A stretch of DNA of 63,040 bases, filler included, from Octopus bimaculoides (GCF_001194135.2; 5 parts of 4 records of this genome joined end to end with filler, not necessarily neighbours in it), one strand, 5' to 3'; shown: positions 12,557-23,883, numbered from the whole stretch's first letter. The notes: generated from the letters alone by a model not told the origin. Made by a program: numbers and translations.

Positions 12557-12730
12557 AGTGCATCGAAAGAAAGTCTTTGCCTTCAGTCCCAACAGACCAC
12601 CAGTGTCCGACCTGCAGTAGAGCATTCAGCGGACGCATCGGACTGATTGGTAACAGTCAGATACACCATGCCTCGTCGTCTTCTCCTATGTGATGCCCTT
12701 GGTTATCGTCGACAACGACGGAATAACTCT
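12557..12730 (+). mobile_element. RTE-clade LINE 3' end
   Basis: Encodes CPTCSRAFSGRIGLIGNSQIH (RTE terminal CPxCxRxFxxRIGLxSHxRxH finger), followed by the ATCGTCGACAACGACGGA tail. Confidence 0.8.
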
Positions 12731-12922
12731 TCTCCATACTTGGGTCTGTTTCTCTGAGGTTGACTATGCTTTTTTTTTCTCTTTCATTTATCGAGTCATG
12801 ATAAAATAAATACCCCTTAGAGATCAAAAGCAAAGCCAATTTCTGTACGATTTGAAATTGCAACCATAAAAATTCACATACTTCAATTGGAGTTGATCAA
12901 CTCTTCATTAAGGAATGCAAAA

Positions 12923-13190
12923 AAGGCGAAAGTTGACAAAATCGTTAGCTCACCGGACGAAATGCTTAGCAGCTTTTCTTCCTGCTCTTTACATTCTGAG
13001 TTCAAATATCACCGAGGTAAAGTTTGCCTTTCGTCGCTTCATGGTCGATGTAATAAATACCAGTCAGACACCGGAGTCGATTTAATCGACTGGACGCCTC
13101 CTTCAAAACTTCAGCCTTGAGTTCAGACCCCGCCGATGTCAATTTTACTTTTCATTCTTTTGGGGTCGATAAAAAAGAGGTACCAATCAA
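12923..13190 (+). mobile_element. SINE family B, one degenerate copy plus a partial second copy
   Basis: GAAATGCTTAGC...TTCTGAGTTCAAAT...GGTCGAT core, restarting at 13118. Confidence 0.8.
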
Positions 13191-13289
13191 GGGACGTGGA
13201 TTTGTGGAACTGTAAGAACATCGGGCTGTTCTGCTTATTTGTGTTCCGAATTCAAATTACTCCATGGTTATTTGGCTTGGTAGAAATTA

Positions 13290-13620
13290 ATCCATCGACC
13301 AGCTAAACTGGGACTCCGTCGGTTACGACGACGAGTTTTCCAGTTGACCCGATGAACGGAACGGCCTGCTTGAGAAATTAACGTGCAAGAGGCTGAGCAA
13401 TCCACAGACATGCATACCTTTAACGTAGTTCTCAGGGAGATTCAGCATGACACAGAATGTAACAAGGCTGGCCCTTTCAAATACGGATACAACTCATTTT
13501 TGCCAGCCGAGGGTACTGAAGCAATGTGAAATAAAGCGTCTTGCTCAAGAACCCAACGCGCTTCCGGTATTCGAACCCAGGACTTTAAGAACGTGAACCG
13601 AATACACTAACCACTACGCC
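13290..13620 (-). mobile_element. SINE family C (tRNA head, CORE-like domain, RTE-like tail), full length
   Basis: Reverse complement begins GGCGTAGTGGTTAG (A-box) and GGGTTCGAATACC (B-box), continues GTTCTTGAGCAAGACGCTTTATTTCAC, and ends TCGTCGTCGTAACCGACGGAG. Confidence 0.85.
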
Positions 13621-13990
13621 ACCCACCTTCAATTCACCCGGTTTAATACCATCAGTATCCAACAAAGGTGCCTTTAGCGTAATCTACTCTCCTTGCAAAG
13701 CATGTGGACCAGGACGCTAGTCTGAGGATATCTACCTCTTCTGCCCACTAACCTCAAAGGAACTCGGACTGGTCCTAGCCGCTATCTTTCATTCCAATTA
13801 AAAAGACGAAAACAAATTTGCACCCTTTGCGGAATGACTGTTTTTTCCCCTAATATCCCAGAAGGATAGAAGAAGACAACATCACTTCCTAAGGATGATA
13901 AGAATCATATTTGCCCTATTTGTTATGTTACCAACCATCCAAACTATTTACCTTCTTTTCTAAAACAACGTTGTTTCCGTCATCTTAAAT

Positions 13991-14341
13991 CAGGGTTTCT
14001 CAACCCCCTTTTTTTTTATCTATGGACCCCTTCGATTACTACTTTATTTTGGTAGACCCCAGAACCATTCAATGTTTACAAACTATTTTTATAGATACTT
14101 ATTTCAAAATTTCGATTTTGTTTTTCTCACATTAACTTGTATAGGTTGAACTATGTGAAATGTTAGAAAGAAATCCAGTTGTTTCTCCCAATACATACTA
14201 ATACACACATCTAAAACAAAACTTTTTCCGGACTCCTTAAAATGCTATTACGAATCCCCAATTTATTATTTTGTTGCGTAGACACCCAAAAATCATATGT
14301 GGACCTTCAGGGACCGCATGGACCCCAGTTGAGAATCCCTG
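13991..14341 (+). mobile_element. hAT MITE, 351 bp
   Basis: TIRs CAGGGTTTCTCAAC / GTTGAGAATCCCTG and an 8-bp TSD TCTTAAAT / TTTTAAAT (7/8 identical). Confidence 0.9.
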
Positions 14342-14566
14342 TTTTAAATAATGATGAAATATTCATAAATGCATTGAAAGAAATGCGTAAATGACATCCT
14401 TTTTCAGGATACGTACTCTTTGCTCACCAATCTCGAAGGTAATGTGACTGGTCCTATGCATTGCCCTTCATCCTGATTAAAAAAGTGGAAAAGAATTTGC
14501 AACTTTTTCAGAATAACATTCTTTTCTAAGACTCCAGAAGGACAAAAGAAAACATGATTTACTAAA

Positions 14567-14901
14567 TATGGTTTACAGCCGGGCTCCATATGGCCTCTGA
14601 AGGTCCATATAAGATTTTTGGGGTTCTACAGAACATAATAATCTACAATAGTATTTTAAAGACCCCTGAAAATTTTTTGCTTAAGATATATATATTGGTA
14701 TGCATTGCAAGAAACAACTCGGTTTCTTTCTCTAGCATTTTCCATAGTTCGACCTTCACAAGTTAATATGTGAAAAATAAAATAAGAATTTTGAAAGAGG
14801 GTTTTTATAAACTAATTTTCAACATCGAATGACTGTGGTTTCCACCGGAAAAAAATAGTAATCAAAGAGGTCCGTATGTAAAATATGATTAAGAACTTCT
14901 G
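14567..14901 (-). mobile_element. older inverted copy of the same hAT MITE family
   Basis: Reverse complement is collinear with 13991-14341 (GATTACTA, ATTAACTTGT..AGGT.GAACTATG, CCCAAAAATC.TAT.TGGACCTTCAG). TIRs are decayed. Confidence 0.75.
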
Positions 14902-15219
14902 TCCTAAACGTTATGCTGTCAATCAGCCGGTCTTTTCAAAAGTATCGTTTCTTTAGCCATTGTAAATAATGATAGAATATAATTCATAAATGCATTGAAA
15001 AAAATGTGTAAATAACATTTGAGTTCGTTTTTAGTTTAGGAGGAAGACGATAGCCGTGTGGAAGTTGGAAACGGTTGTGTTCTGAGAATTCTTTATGAAT
15101 ATTATCGAAATGGAAGCAAAAGCCTAAAGATAAAGAGAAAAAATAAAGGCAGGCTAGTTACAGACGACCGACACAACCATAGGCATCAACATCGTTTCCC
15201 GCCACCATTACCGCCGCCG

Positions 15220-15966
15220 CCGCCACCACCACTATCATCACCACGTCCACTACCTAATGAGCTGCAACCAACACCGCCGCAGCCATTGGCACAGCAATGT
15301 CCGCTTCGGCAACTCCACCACCACCACCACCACCACCACCACCACCACTACTACCACACCGCTACTACCACAGCCACCGCCAACTGTGTCGCTGCCCGCC
15401 AGCAAAACCACAACAGCCGCCATCATCAACGCCACCACCAAATCAAGTCACCCCACCATCATCATATCCACCATCAACACCATCGCCAGTTTCCCTCACT
15501 AGTACCACCACCACCAACAACAACAACACCAGCAGTCATACTGAAATGACTTTCTTTTAGTGTTGATTATGACGTCTCTCTCTCGCTCTCTTTTTCTCTC
15601 GGCCTCTGTCTGTCTATCTCTCCTTCTCACTGTCTGTCTGTCTGTCTCTGTCTTTCTTCCTCCGCCCCTCCGTTCCTCCCTCCCTTTCTCTCTCTCTCTC
15701 TGTTGCTCTCTTTCTCAATCTCTCTCTATTGCTCTCTCTCTCTCTCTCTCTGTTGCTCTCTTTCTCTCTCTCTGTTGCTCTCTTTCTCTCTCTCTGTTGC
15801 TCTCTGTCTCGCTGTTGCTGTCTGTCTGTCACACTCTCTCTTTCTCTCTATCTCTTTGTCTCTCTCTCTTTCTCTCTATCTCTTTGTCTCTCTCTCTCCC
15901 CTCTCTCTCTCTCTCTTTCTCTCTGTCTGTGTCTGTCTCTATTTGTCTGACTGTCTGTCTGCCTCC

Positions 15967-16012
<46 letters not shown>

Positions 16013-16028
16013 GTATCTCTCTCTCTCT

Positions 16029-16084
<56 letters not shown>
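15220..16084. repeat. (CCA/CAA)n low-complexity tract followed by a long (CT)n tract
   Basis: Direct reading. It explains the poly-P/H/T and SLSL ORFs. Confidence 0.9.
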
Positions 16085-16088
<4 letters not shown>

Positions 16089-16215
16089 TGCTCGCTTCTT
16101 ACGGGTTGCATTGTCTTAATTTCCCCAAGGACGCTGTGTCTAAATATATAATGATTCAGGTCATTTTTAGCTTTAGAATTATCTTTAATTTCATTAGCGT
16201 TAGTCTCCAAGAAAA

Positions 16216-16220
<5 letters not shown>

Positions 16221-16277
<57 letters not shown>
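16221..16277. repeat. (TAC)n microsatellite
   Basis: Direct reading. Confidence 0.95.
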
Positions 16278-16279
<2 letters not shown>

Positions 16280-16706
16280 AAATTTTCATTTAATACTTAA
16301 AATTTTGAGCTGTTCCCATAAAAAGAGTTCGTCTCTATCCAAACAAACACACACATACATACATATACACACAAACACATAAACAGGTACACACATGTAA
16401 ACACACACAAACACACACACACACACACGTACACGCCTCCGCACTTTTTACTCACACGCCAATATACTCTTTCGCACTCATGGACCCCTCTTTCCAGCAC
16501 ACCGGCGTATCTATTCATAGAATGAAATTACTAATGGATATATATATATGTGAATGTGAGTGTGTGAGAGTATGTGCTTGTGTATTTCCCTCTATCTGTG
16601 TGTGTGCGTGCATGTATGTATACATGCATGCATATGTATATATATATATATATATATTTATGAATTTATATATATATATAAGTCAGCAGCGCCGCCTGGC
16701 TAAGGC

Positions 16707-16767
16707 TTGGCTACTCTGCATTGACAAGGGGCAACACCCTGAAACTAGTCTAGTCTGCAGATGCCAA
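16707..16767 (+). ncRNA. type I hammerhead ribozyme, extended stem I, U3-A8 core variant
   Basis: TTGGC-TAC-TCTGCA | TTGACAA | GGGG-CAACA-CCCT | GAAA | CTA-GTC-TAG | TC^ | TGCAGA-T-GCCAA. Helix I inner 6 bp (16715-20/16756-61) and outer 5 bp (16707-11/16763-67), helix II 4 bp, helix III ACTA/TAGT. Predicted GUC cleavage after C16755. Confidence 0.8.
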
Positions 16768-16852
16768 ACCAGCAGGGGGACACTGCTGACCTCCCCTGTT
16801 CGAAGGTTATAAAGGACACAGGTTTCGTGTGTCACATAGCTAGCTAGAGGCG

Positions 16853-16907
16853 ATGGCTTCTTGGAGCTAATTCACGGCAGCTTTCGTCCTAATTTTGGGA
16901 CTGCCAT
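16853..16907 (-). ncRNA. partial (core-deleted) hammerhead on the opposite strand
   Basis: Reverse complement ATGGC-A-GTCC-CAAAATTA-GGAC-GAAA-GCTG-CCGTGAAT-TAGC-TC^-CAAGAA-GCCAT. Helix II, GAAA, helix III and a CUC site are intact; CUGANG and the inner helix I 5' strand are absent. Confidence 0.5.
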
Positions 16908-16974
16908 GTTGGCTTGGCGATAACTATTAATTTCCAGTACCGCTGCCGTAGTCTCCTTTAGAGAGACTTAGAAA

Positions 16975-17074
16975 NNNNNNNNNNNNNNNNNNNNNNNNNN
17001 NNNNNNNNNNNNNNNNNNTTAATTAATTAANNNNNNNNNNNNNNNNNNNNNNNNNNNNNNNNNNNNNNNNNNNN
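16975..17074. other. artificial 100-nt scaffold joiner N44-TTAATTAATTAA-N44
   Basis: The same architecture recurs four times, and the 12-mer has stops in all six frames. Confidence 0.9.
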
Positions 17075-17185
17075 TATGTATGTATTATGCATGTATATAT
17101 GCAAGTATGTATCTATCTATATGTTTCTCTATCTATCAATCTATTTACCTATCTATATATATGTGTCTGTGTGTGTGTTTGTGCT

Positions 17186-17252
<67 letters not shown>

Positions 17253-19739
17253 ATAGTGACAAAGGAATAACTAGCTGTTTTATGAACTTCACTAACTTAC
17301 AGCTGTTTCTACAGCGAGATGTGAAGATATATTTGTGTGCCTAAGTAACACCTTACAATTTCATCACAGATTCAAATATGAAGTGCAATTTAGAGTATCT
17401 ATATGATGGAATAGCCCTGGTATTTCATCACTTTCTTTAAATTTACTTAAATGTATTTATTTTCCCAAATAAATATTGCGCGTGTATGTGTTCCCGTGTA
17501 TGCGTGTGCGCTAGATATTTCTTCATGTCGCCATAGAAGCGTAGACAACTTCACAACATACGTTTGCCGTCAAGCCGAAGGCAATATAAATTAAACATTA
17601 AGTGCAACTAAGTGAGAATATTTAAGCTTCCATTTGAGAGCTTAGAAAATGCATTTTTTTATATATAAATTTACAATGTGTTAATCGCGGTATGTTCCTG
17701 ACGGCAGTTAGTTGGCAATCTCCGAAAATTGACATTGTAGCCTTAGTCCCAATGTTCAGTGCTACAAATAGTAGAGCCGTTAGCTGCAAATTTCAGGTAC
17801 ATCATTTACAATAGTTTCGTAGTTTGAGGTTATTGATTTCACATTGTCAAATTACACCAAATTTTTATTTTTGTGAACGGCAAGTGAGAAATTGGCTGTA
17901 AACCTTACCAGAAATATAGATTATATCCCTGCAATGTGCTCGATGTGGGTACAGGCCCTATCAAGGCAACTCTGTTTCACACTATCAACGCCCTAACGGT
18001 GTTCCCAGAGTCAGTAGTTGAAGCGGGACAGACTTGTGAAGATTTACCTCTCTCTCTTCCTGATATTTGCGTATGTTGCGTAAACGACATTGATAAATGT
18101 AATGTTCACTTCATATATACGATTACAAAATTATTTAAATTTGCTATTGTTTCAACACATTTCTAATAATTTTAATACGTTGCATGACACGCTCTAAACT
18201 TTCATCCCGGTTATACATCCTTCCTGAATAAAGTTCAAATATACAAAACGTATATCTTGACTCACAGTCATTCCTTATGAACAACATCACCAAAATGTAT
18301 GCACGTCCATCAAAAATAATAGCGAAAAGTGTGTCCAGTGCTACATAAATGCATATGGAAAATGAAAAATCAAGGAAACCTAACGCAGAATGCGATTAAA
18401 TTTACAAAGATTAGTAAATTTAGTGCCATCCTCCAATTAATCTAGGAATTTGCATTAAAACAGCCAAGAAATACCTTAATGTCATCAATGTATTTTTTAA
18501 TAACCACTAACAAATTTTAAACTTTTTAGTTTCCATTGCTCATTATAAAATTCCTCATTATAACGTGAATAACCATTCGCCTAGACATCCCATTCCCACA
18601 TGCAAATGTGGAAAATCATACCAGCAGCCTTTTATAAAAGTTAGTATTACATAGATCCACCGTCACACCATCCGATAGGATGGCAAGAGGGTACAATGTT
18701 GTGCAGTCGAAGTTTGTGTTAGTTAGTAAGTATTATGCAGAGTTTTATATTTTAAGTGAAGATGCACGTAACACATGCACCCCTTCAGATAAAGCAACCG
18801 CCAACTTTCGACTCCCTTTTTCACCTCATCTGCATAGTTTATCTTTGACAAGTTCTCGCCTTATTCACATGGAATTCGGACTTGCAAACTTGCGCTTCAA
18901 AGAGATAAGATATATATTCCAGCAACATCTCGTATTCAACTATAAGTGAACTACACATCCAAATGGTGCGATCTGGCATACACACTGCAAAAGAAATGCA
19001 AGTCATTAGCTGCATATAGCTAATCGGACTTGGCCTAGCTGCCAACGCACAATGACAGATTATATAAATCCTATGCCCATTACCTTAAATATCACAAAAA
19101 ATTTCGTGTAATCCGGGACAATCAAATTCTTCAATTGCCGACCTACAAACTGCTGTGACTTAAATACTTCGCTTTAGATTACGATTAATAACTGATGTTA
19201 ACATTCTGTATCTTTCACCAAATGATGAGGCTTCCATAAGAACTGATGATTCCAGATATATACTTCTACATAATGCCAAATATCTGTCACCAACACCCGG
19301 TCTGATTTACAAAGTGGGCCTTACAATGGAAAGCTTGATTTTGTTACAATATATTGAAAAAACATCTGACCTGATGCCATCAATGGAGATCTTAATGGTA
19401 CCACCGAAATGGTAATTTCCATCTCGTTTATATTAACTTCTTACTTACAACGATCATCTGATTATATGGACTTGATGTAGACCCACGAAACTTAAGTGAA
19501 GTTAAGTAGAACATTCTGTTACACATACATCGAACTACATATATTTTTAGTCATTTCTCTATAGATATATACCATACGAAGGGCTGCTATAATTTCTTTT
19601 TTGCATCGTCGACTTACAGGTAATGGATTAGCTCAGGGCTGTAACATGTGCAGAATATACCAAACATAACGATTGAACATGAGAATTCGCGTCGACAAAA
19701 TATTCTTCTTAAAGAAGCTGCTGTATTGCGCTTGTATAT

Positions 19740-19768
19740 GCGTATGTATGTATGCATGTATGTATGTA

Positions 19769-19804
<36 letters not shown>

Positions 19805-20030
19805 TGTATGTGTGAATGTATGCATGTGTGTGTGTATGAATGTATGTATCATGTATGAATGTATGTATCATGTATGAATGGATGCATGTATGTATGTATA
19901 GATGCATGTATGTATGCATATATGTGTATATGTATAGATGGATGAAGGGAGGGATGAATAGATGGATGGAGGGATGGATGCATTGATGAATGGATGTACG
20001 TACGCATGTACATATTTGTGTGTGTGTTTT
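19740..20030. repeat. (TATG)n/(GGAT)n tetranucleotide tract
   Basis: Direct reading. Confidence 0.9.
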
Positions 20031-20786
20031 CTTCATATTTGTGGTTGTATGTATGCGCGTGTGTGCATGTGTTACAAGCAGGAAGTACTGAATCACGTAT
20101 ACGTGTTTCCCTATTCTCTCACATGATTTGACTCTAAGAATAAATATTTTTAAAAAATCTTTTAATCCACGCACTCAAAAGGAATAAACACATAGTCAAT
20201 GCTTAAATAGAAATGAATAACTTGTGTAGCTGAGAGTTGTAATTTGTTTATATATGGGTTTATATTAAGATTGCATGAATGAGATTTAGAGTGCGAAATA
20301 ATTTTCAGTTTATATCGATGCGGAAACTGAAGTTAAATCATAACTTTCAAGGTGTTACCAAACATATAGAGTTTTCTCGAGTCGAATTATGTGAAATTAA
20401 TTTTAGTGATTAACTATAGAGAGAGTCTTTCTACAAAGAATTGATAATGATAGTGGGCTGTGAGGAAAACAAGTTCTTTATAGTACATAGTATATAGTAT
20501 TGTGGTACCGATTTGTAATTATAAAATACATTCAAGAGCTTTCCATCTTAAATTAATTGGTCAAATAGTATAATGAATAGCATAATAGAAGCAATTGGTG
20601 ATGTTTTAGAATACGTTCAAAGTTATTTTAATGGGATGTGTTGTTCGGTACACAAGTTAATCACACTATACAACAGTGATGAATGGTTTATACGAAAATA
20701 TGGCACGATGATATAAAACTATGATGGAGTAATAGATACTAGTAAAGCAGAAACTATGAAATACAAAGGTACTATATGCTGAGATT

Positions 20787-21070
20787 AGGACCGGCGCGTG
20801 GCTTAGTACGGGCGGCGAATTGTGTTCTTGCGTACTATGCTTTATTTCACGTTGTTCCACTCCATTCCAATGGGAAAAAAATGAGTTATACCTGTGATTG
20901 AAAGGGATAACGTCGTCAAATTTTGTGCTAGTTTGAAGCCCAATGCGAACTATATTATCGGTTAGCGTGCCAATGGGATTTTCAGTCACTTACACGTTAA
21001 TTACATGAGTAGACTCTTCCGTTAATTGGATGAAGTAGAACTCACGTCTACGTAACCGACGGATTGGCGC
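20787..21070 (+). mobile_element. SINE family C copy
   Basis: GGCGCGTGGCTTAG head, TTGTGTTCTTG...CTTTATTTCAC domain and CGTAACCGACGGA tail, as in 13290-13620. Confidence 0.75.
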
Positions 21071-21477
21071 TTTTTTGTTTTTGTTCAGATTGATCGTATT
21101 CTATTCACACTTAAACATGGATGTTCTGTTAGAACAAACTATACTTATATAGAATTGAACATACAGGTTTAAATATTCACACTCGGTCTTAATATTGCAT
21201 CTATCATAATATATAAAAAATAAAATTTCACAACTGAGGGATACATATATTGGAGAATTTTAATATTGTTATTAAGCATATATGTATACGGTTGAGTTTC
21301 CATTAGGCGTAAGCGAAAAGGTTTAATATATGGGTTTAATAAATAAGTATGCATTAAGAGAATACAGGTGTTGAAAAATAACACTTGTCTTTTCATACAG
21401 TCTTACCTTTTTATAGAAAACAAGCAGAGATACACGGCGTTGCTCGGGATTAAAATGGTATAGTTTTTTGTTTTTGT

Positions 21478-21808
21478 TTTACTAGTTTCAATCATGTGAC
21501 TGCTGCCATGTTGAAGCACCGCCTTTAGTCGAACAAATCAACTTCACGATTTATTCTTTGTAAGCGTAGTACTTAATCTATTGGTGTTTGTTTGCCGAAC
21601 CGCTAAATTACGGGGACGTTAACACAGCAACATCGATTGTCAGGTGATGAGAAATGTACAATCACAGAAACACACACAGGCACACACATACGATCACACT
21701 CACACAAACACACAACAAATATACAAATATATTTATATACGACAGTCCTCTTTCAGTTTCCGTGTAAGAAATGCACTCATAATGCTTTGGTCGGCCTGAA
21801 CCAGTGCT
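21478..21808 (-). mobile_element. SINE family A copy
   Basis: GCACCGCCTTTAGTCGA, GCCGAACCGCTAAATTACGGGGACG and CTTTCAGTTTCCG...GCTTTGGTCGGCC. Confidence 0.85.
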
Positions 21809-22264
21809 ATATATATATAATAATAATAATAATATAGTNNNNNNNNNNNNNNNNNNNNNNNNNNNNNNNNNNNNNNNNNNNNNNNNNNNNNNNNNNNNNN
21901 NNNNNNNNNNNNNNNNATATATATATATATATATATATATATATACGCATATATATATTACATATTTAGGTGTTGGTTACAGATTTACTTATTGAATTTA
22001 TTTATAGATACTGTTGTACATAGGGTAAATGTGTTTGAAATTTGTCGTTACTTCGGTATGTTTGTTCCAAACGGATAGAATAGTACTGCCCAGGTGTCGA
22101 AACCATAATGATATTCGTGGGGCAGCTGATCATGGTGGTATGTTGAATTGTTTGTATGGCTGTTTTTGTATATGTGGAATAGAATTATAACATATTCTTT
22201 TGATATACATATATACATATATGTAAATATACATATATGCATACATACATAAATATATACATTA

Positions 22265-22400
22265 TCACCGTTTAACGTCTGTCTTCCATAGTAGCATGGT
22301 TGGGACGGTTTCAAAAGAGTCTACTCCATATTTCTGTGACCGTTTTGACAGGAATTTTACAGCTGGATGCCCCTCCGAAAACCAACTACTTTACAATATA
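22265..22400 (-). mobile_element. retroposon tail fragment (GGGCATCCAGCTGTAAAA...ACGTTAAAC type)
   Basis: Reverse complement contains GGAGGGCATCCAGCTGTAAAA and CATGCTACTATGGAAGACAGACGTTAAAC, a motif pair I recall from RTE-associated repeats. Confidence 0.5.
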
Positions 22401-23254
22401 GACTGAGTGTTTTTAAGCGGTACCTGCACTGACACGGTCACCAAGTACTTGCAAGACGAAACTTTCAAGAGGGTGGGATGTGTGGAGGAGGTGATCTTGT
22501 GTTGGGTCATGAAACGGTTATAGTGAGATAGATACAGGAGTGTTACTGTACAGGAAATACAAGGTTACACGGCCGGTGAGAGAAAGATCAGGAACAATGA
22601 CAGAAAGAGGCCTGCTACCACAAAGAAGAGACACGGTTACCTACCGTCAGGGAAGTGCGGGAGAGAGTTGGAGAAAGCAGAATATAGATGGTGGCAAAAT
22701 GCCGGGTATACTCATCAAAAAGACTAACATAATATAAATGGGATGAGTAAAGGAAGAGAGTGAAAAAGATGCTGGCAAGTGCCAGGGCATACCATTGAGA
22801 TTCAAATGCGAAAATATAAGTGGCAGGATATTGCGAAGAGACTGTGATAAAAGAGTGAGATTAAGCTGCAATAATCTGAGTATGTCTGGACTTGGGGGCA
22901 ACCAGGTAGCAATGATACAGAGGCATAGGGGTGTGAGGACAGGATTGGAGTGTAAGTGCTAAGCATAGTGTATGAAGGATTACGTGTGGGTGGAACACAC
23001 AGATCGAGAGCCAGCAGATAGTTAGTAGTAGATTGAGACGGGTCATGTGGGTAGAACACACAAGTCAAGTCGGGGTGGGGGGGCAGCAGTGAGCAACAAT
23101 ACAGGGCACAGAGCCAAGAGGACAGGTTTGGAGAGTGGGAGGTAATGAAAATGTATGAAGCAGTAATTTGAGGAATAGAAGATATGTAGTTTGGTTTGTC
23201 GTGGTAGAGCATGAGTGTTTTTCTTGTTAAGTGTGGGTGGTACACAAAACGCCT

Positions 23255-23661
23255 CTAGAACTCAGTTTCGCTGACGTGGCCGGGACTTCTCATGAGTTTC
23301 ATATCGCCAGACATCTCGGTCCATTTTCATTTCCTCCGTGAGGCCCAAATTCCTGAGATCGGTCCTTCATGCCAATTCTTCTTGGGACTCCATCTACCAC
23401 GGGTACCATCCAATTTCAGTTATTGGTACTTCTTTATGGAACTGTCTTCATTCATACGCGTCACTTGGCTAAACCAGTGAAGTATTTTCCCTTGCATGCT
23501 ACATCTGATTCCTCTTATGCCCAACTTTTCTTCGCTGTACATGTGCACTGATGTTGCACATCAAACAGAGCACACTACTTTTGCTTCTCTCCAGTCTATT
23601 CATGACTTCTACATTCAGATCCCATATCTCACTACGATGAAATATAGCCATGGTAGTTCGT
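23255..23661 (-). mobile_element. RTE-clade LINE, RT C-terminal region to 3' end
   Basis: Minus strand reads SEIWDLNVEVMNRLER..VLCLMCNIS...EKLGIRGIRCSMQGKILHWFSQVTRMNED...DGTRGRWSPKKNW...DLRNLGLTEEMKMDRDVWR, across frameshifts. Confidence 0.85.
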
Positions 23662-23761
23662 NNNNNNNNNNNNNNNNNNNNNNNNNNNNNNNNNNNNNNN
23701 NNNNNNNNNNNNNNNNNNNNNNNNNNNNNNNNNNNNNNNNNNNNNNNNNNNNNNNNNNNNN

Positions 23762-23798
<37 letters not shown>

Positions 23799-23830
23799 AA
23801 TAATATTAATACTAATACTACTACTACTAC

Positions 23831-23883
<53 letters not shown>

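Noticed and set aside
15058-15549. 163-aa Pro/His/Thr-rich ORF
   Set aside because: Derived from (CCA)/(CAC)/(CAA) repeats. All three frames are similarly open, and there is no domain.
16812-16835. Minus-strand GTG-ACA-CAC-GAAAC-CTGT-GTC, a possible third hammerhead in the island
   Set aside because: No CUGANGA-like box and no helix I.
17936-18166. ORF starting VLDVGTGP (SAM-methyltransferase motif I-like)
   Set aside because: No following motif II or acidic residue pattern, no plausible acceptor, and only an 8-residue match.
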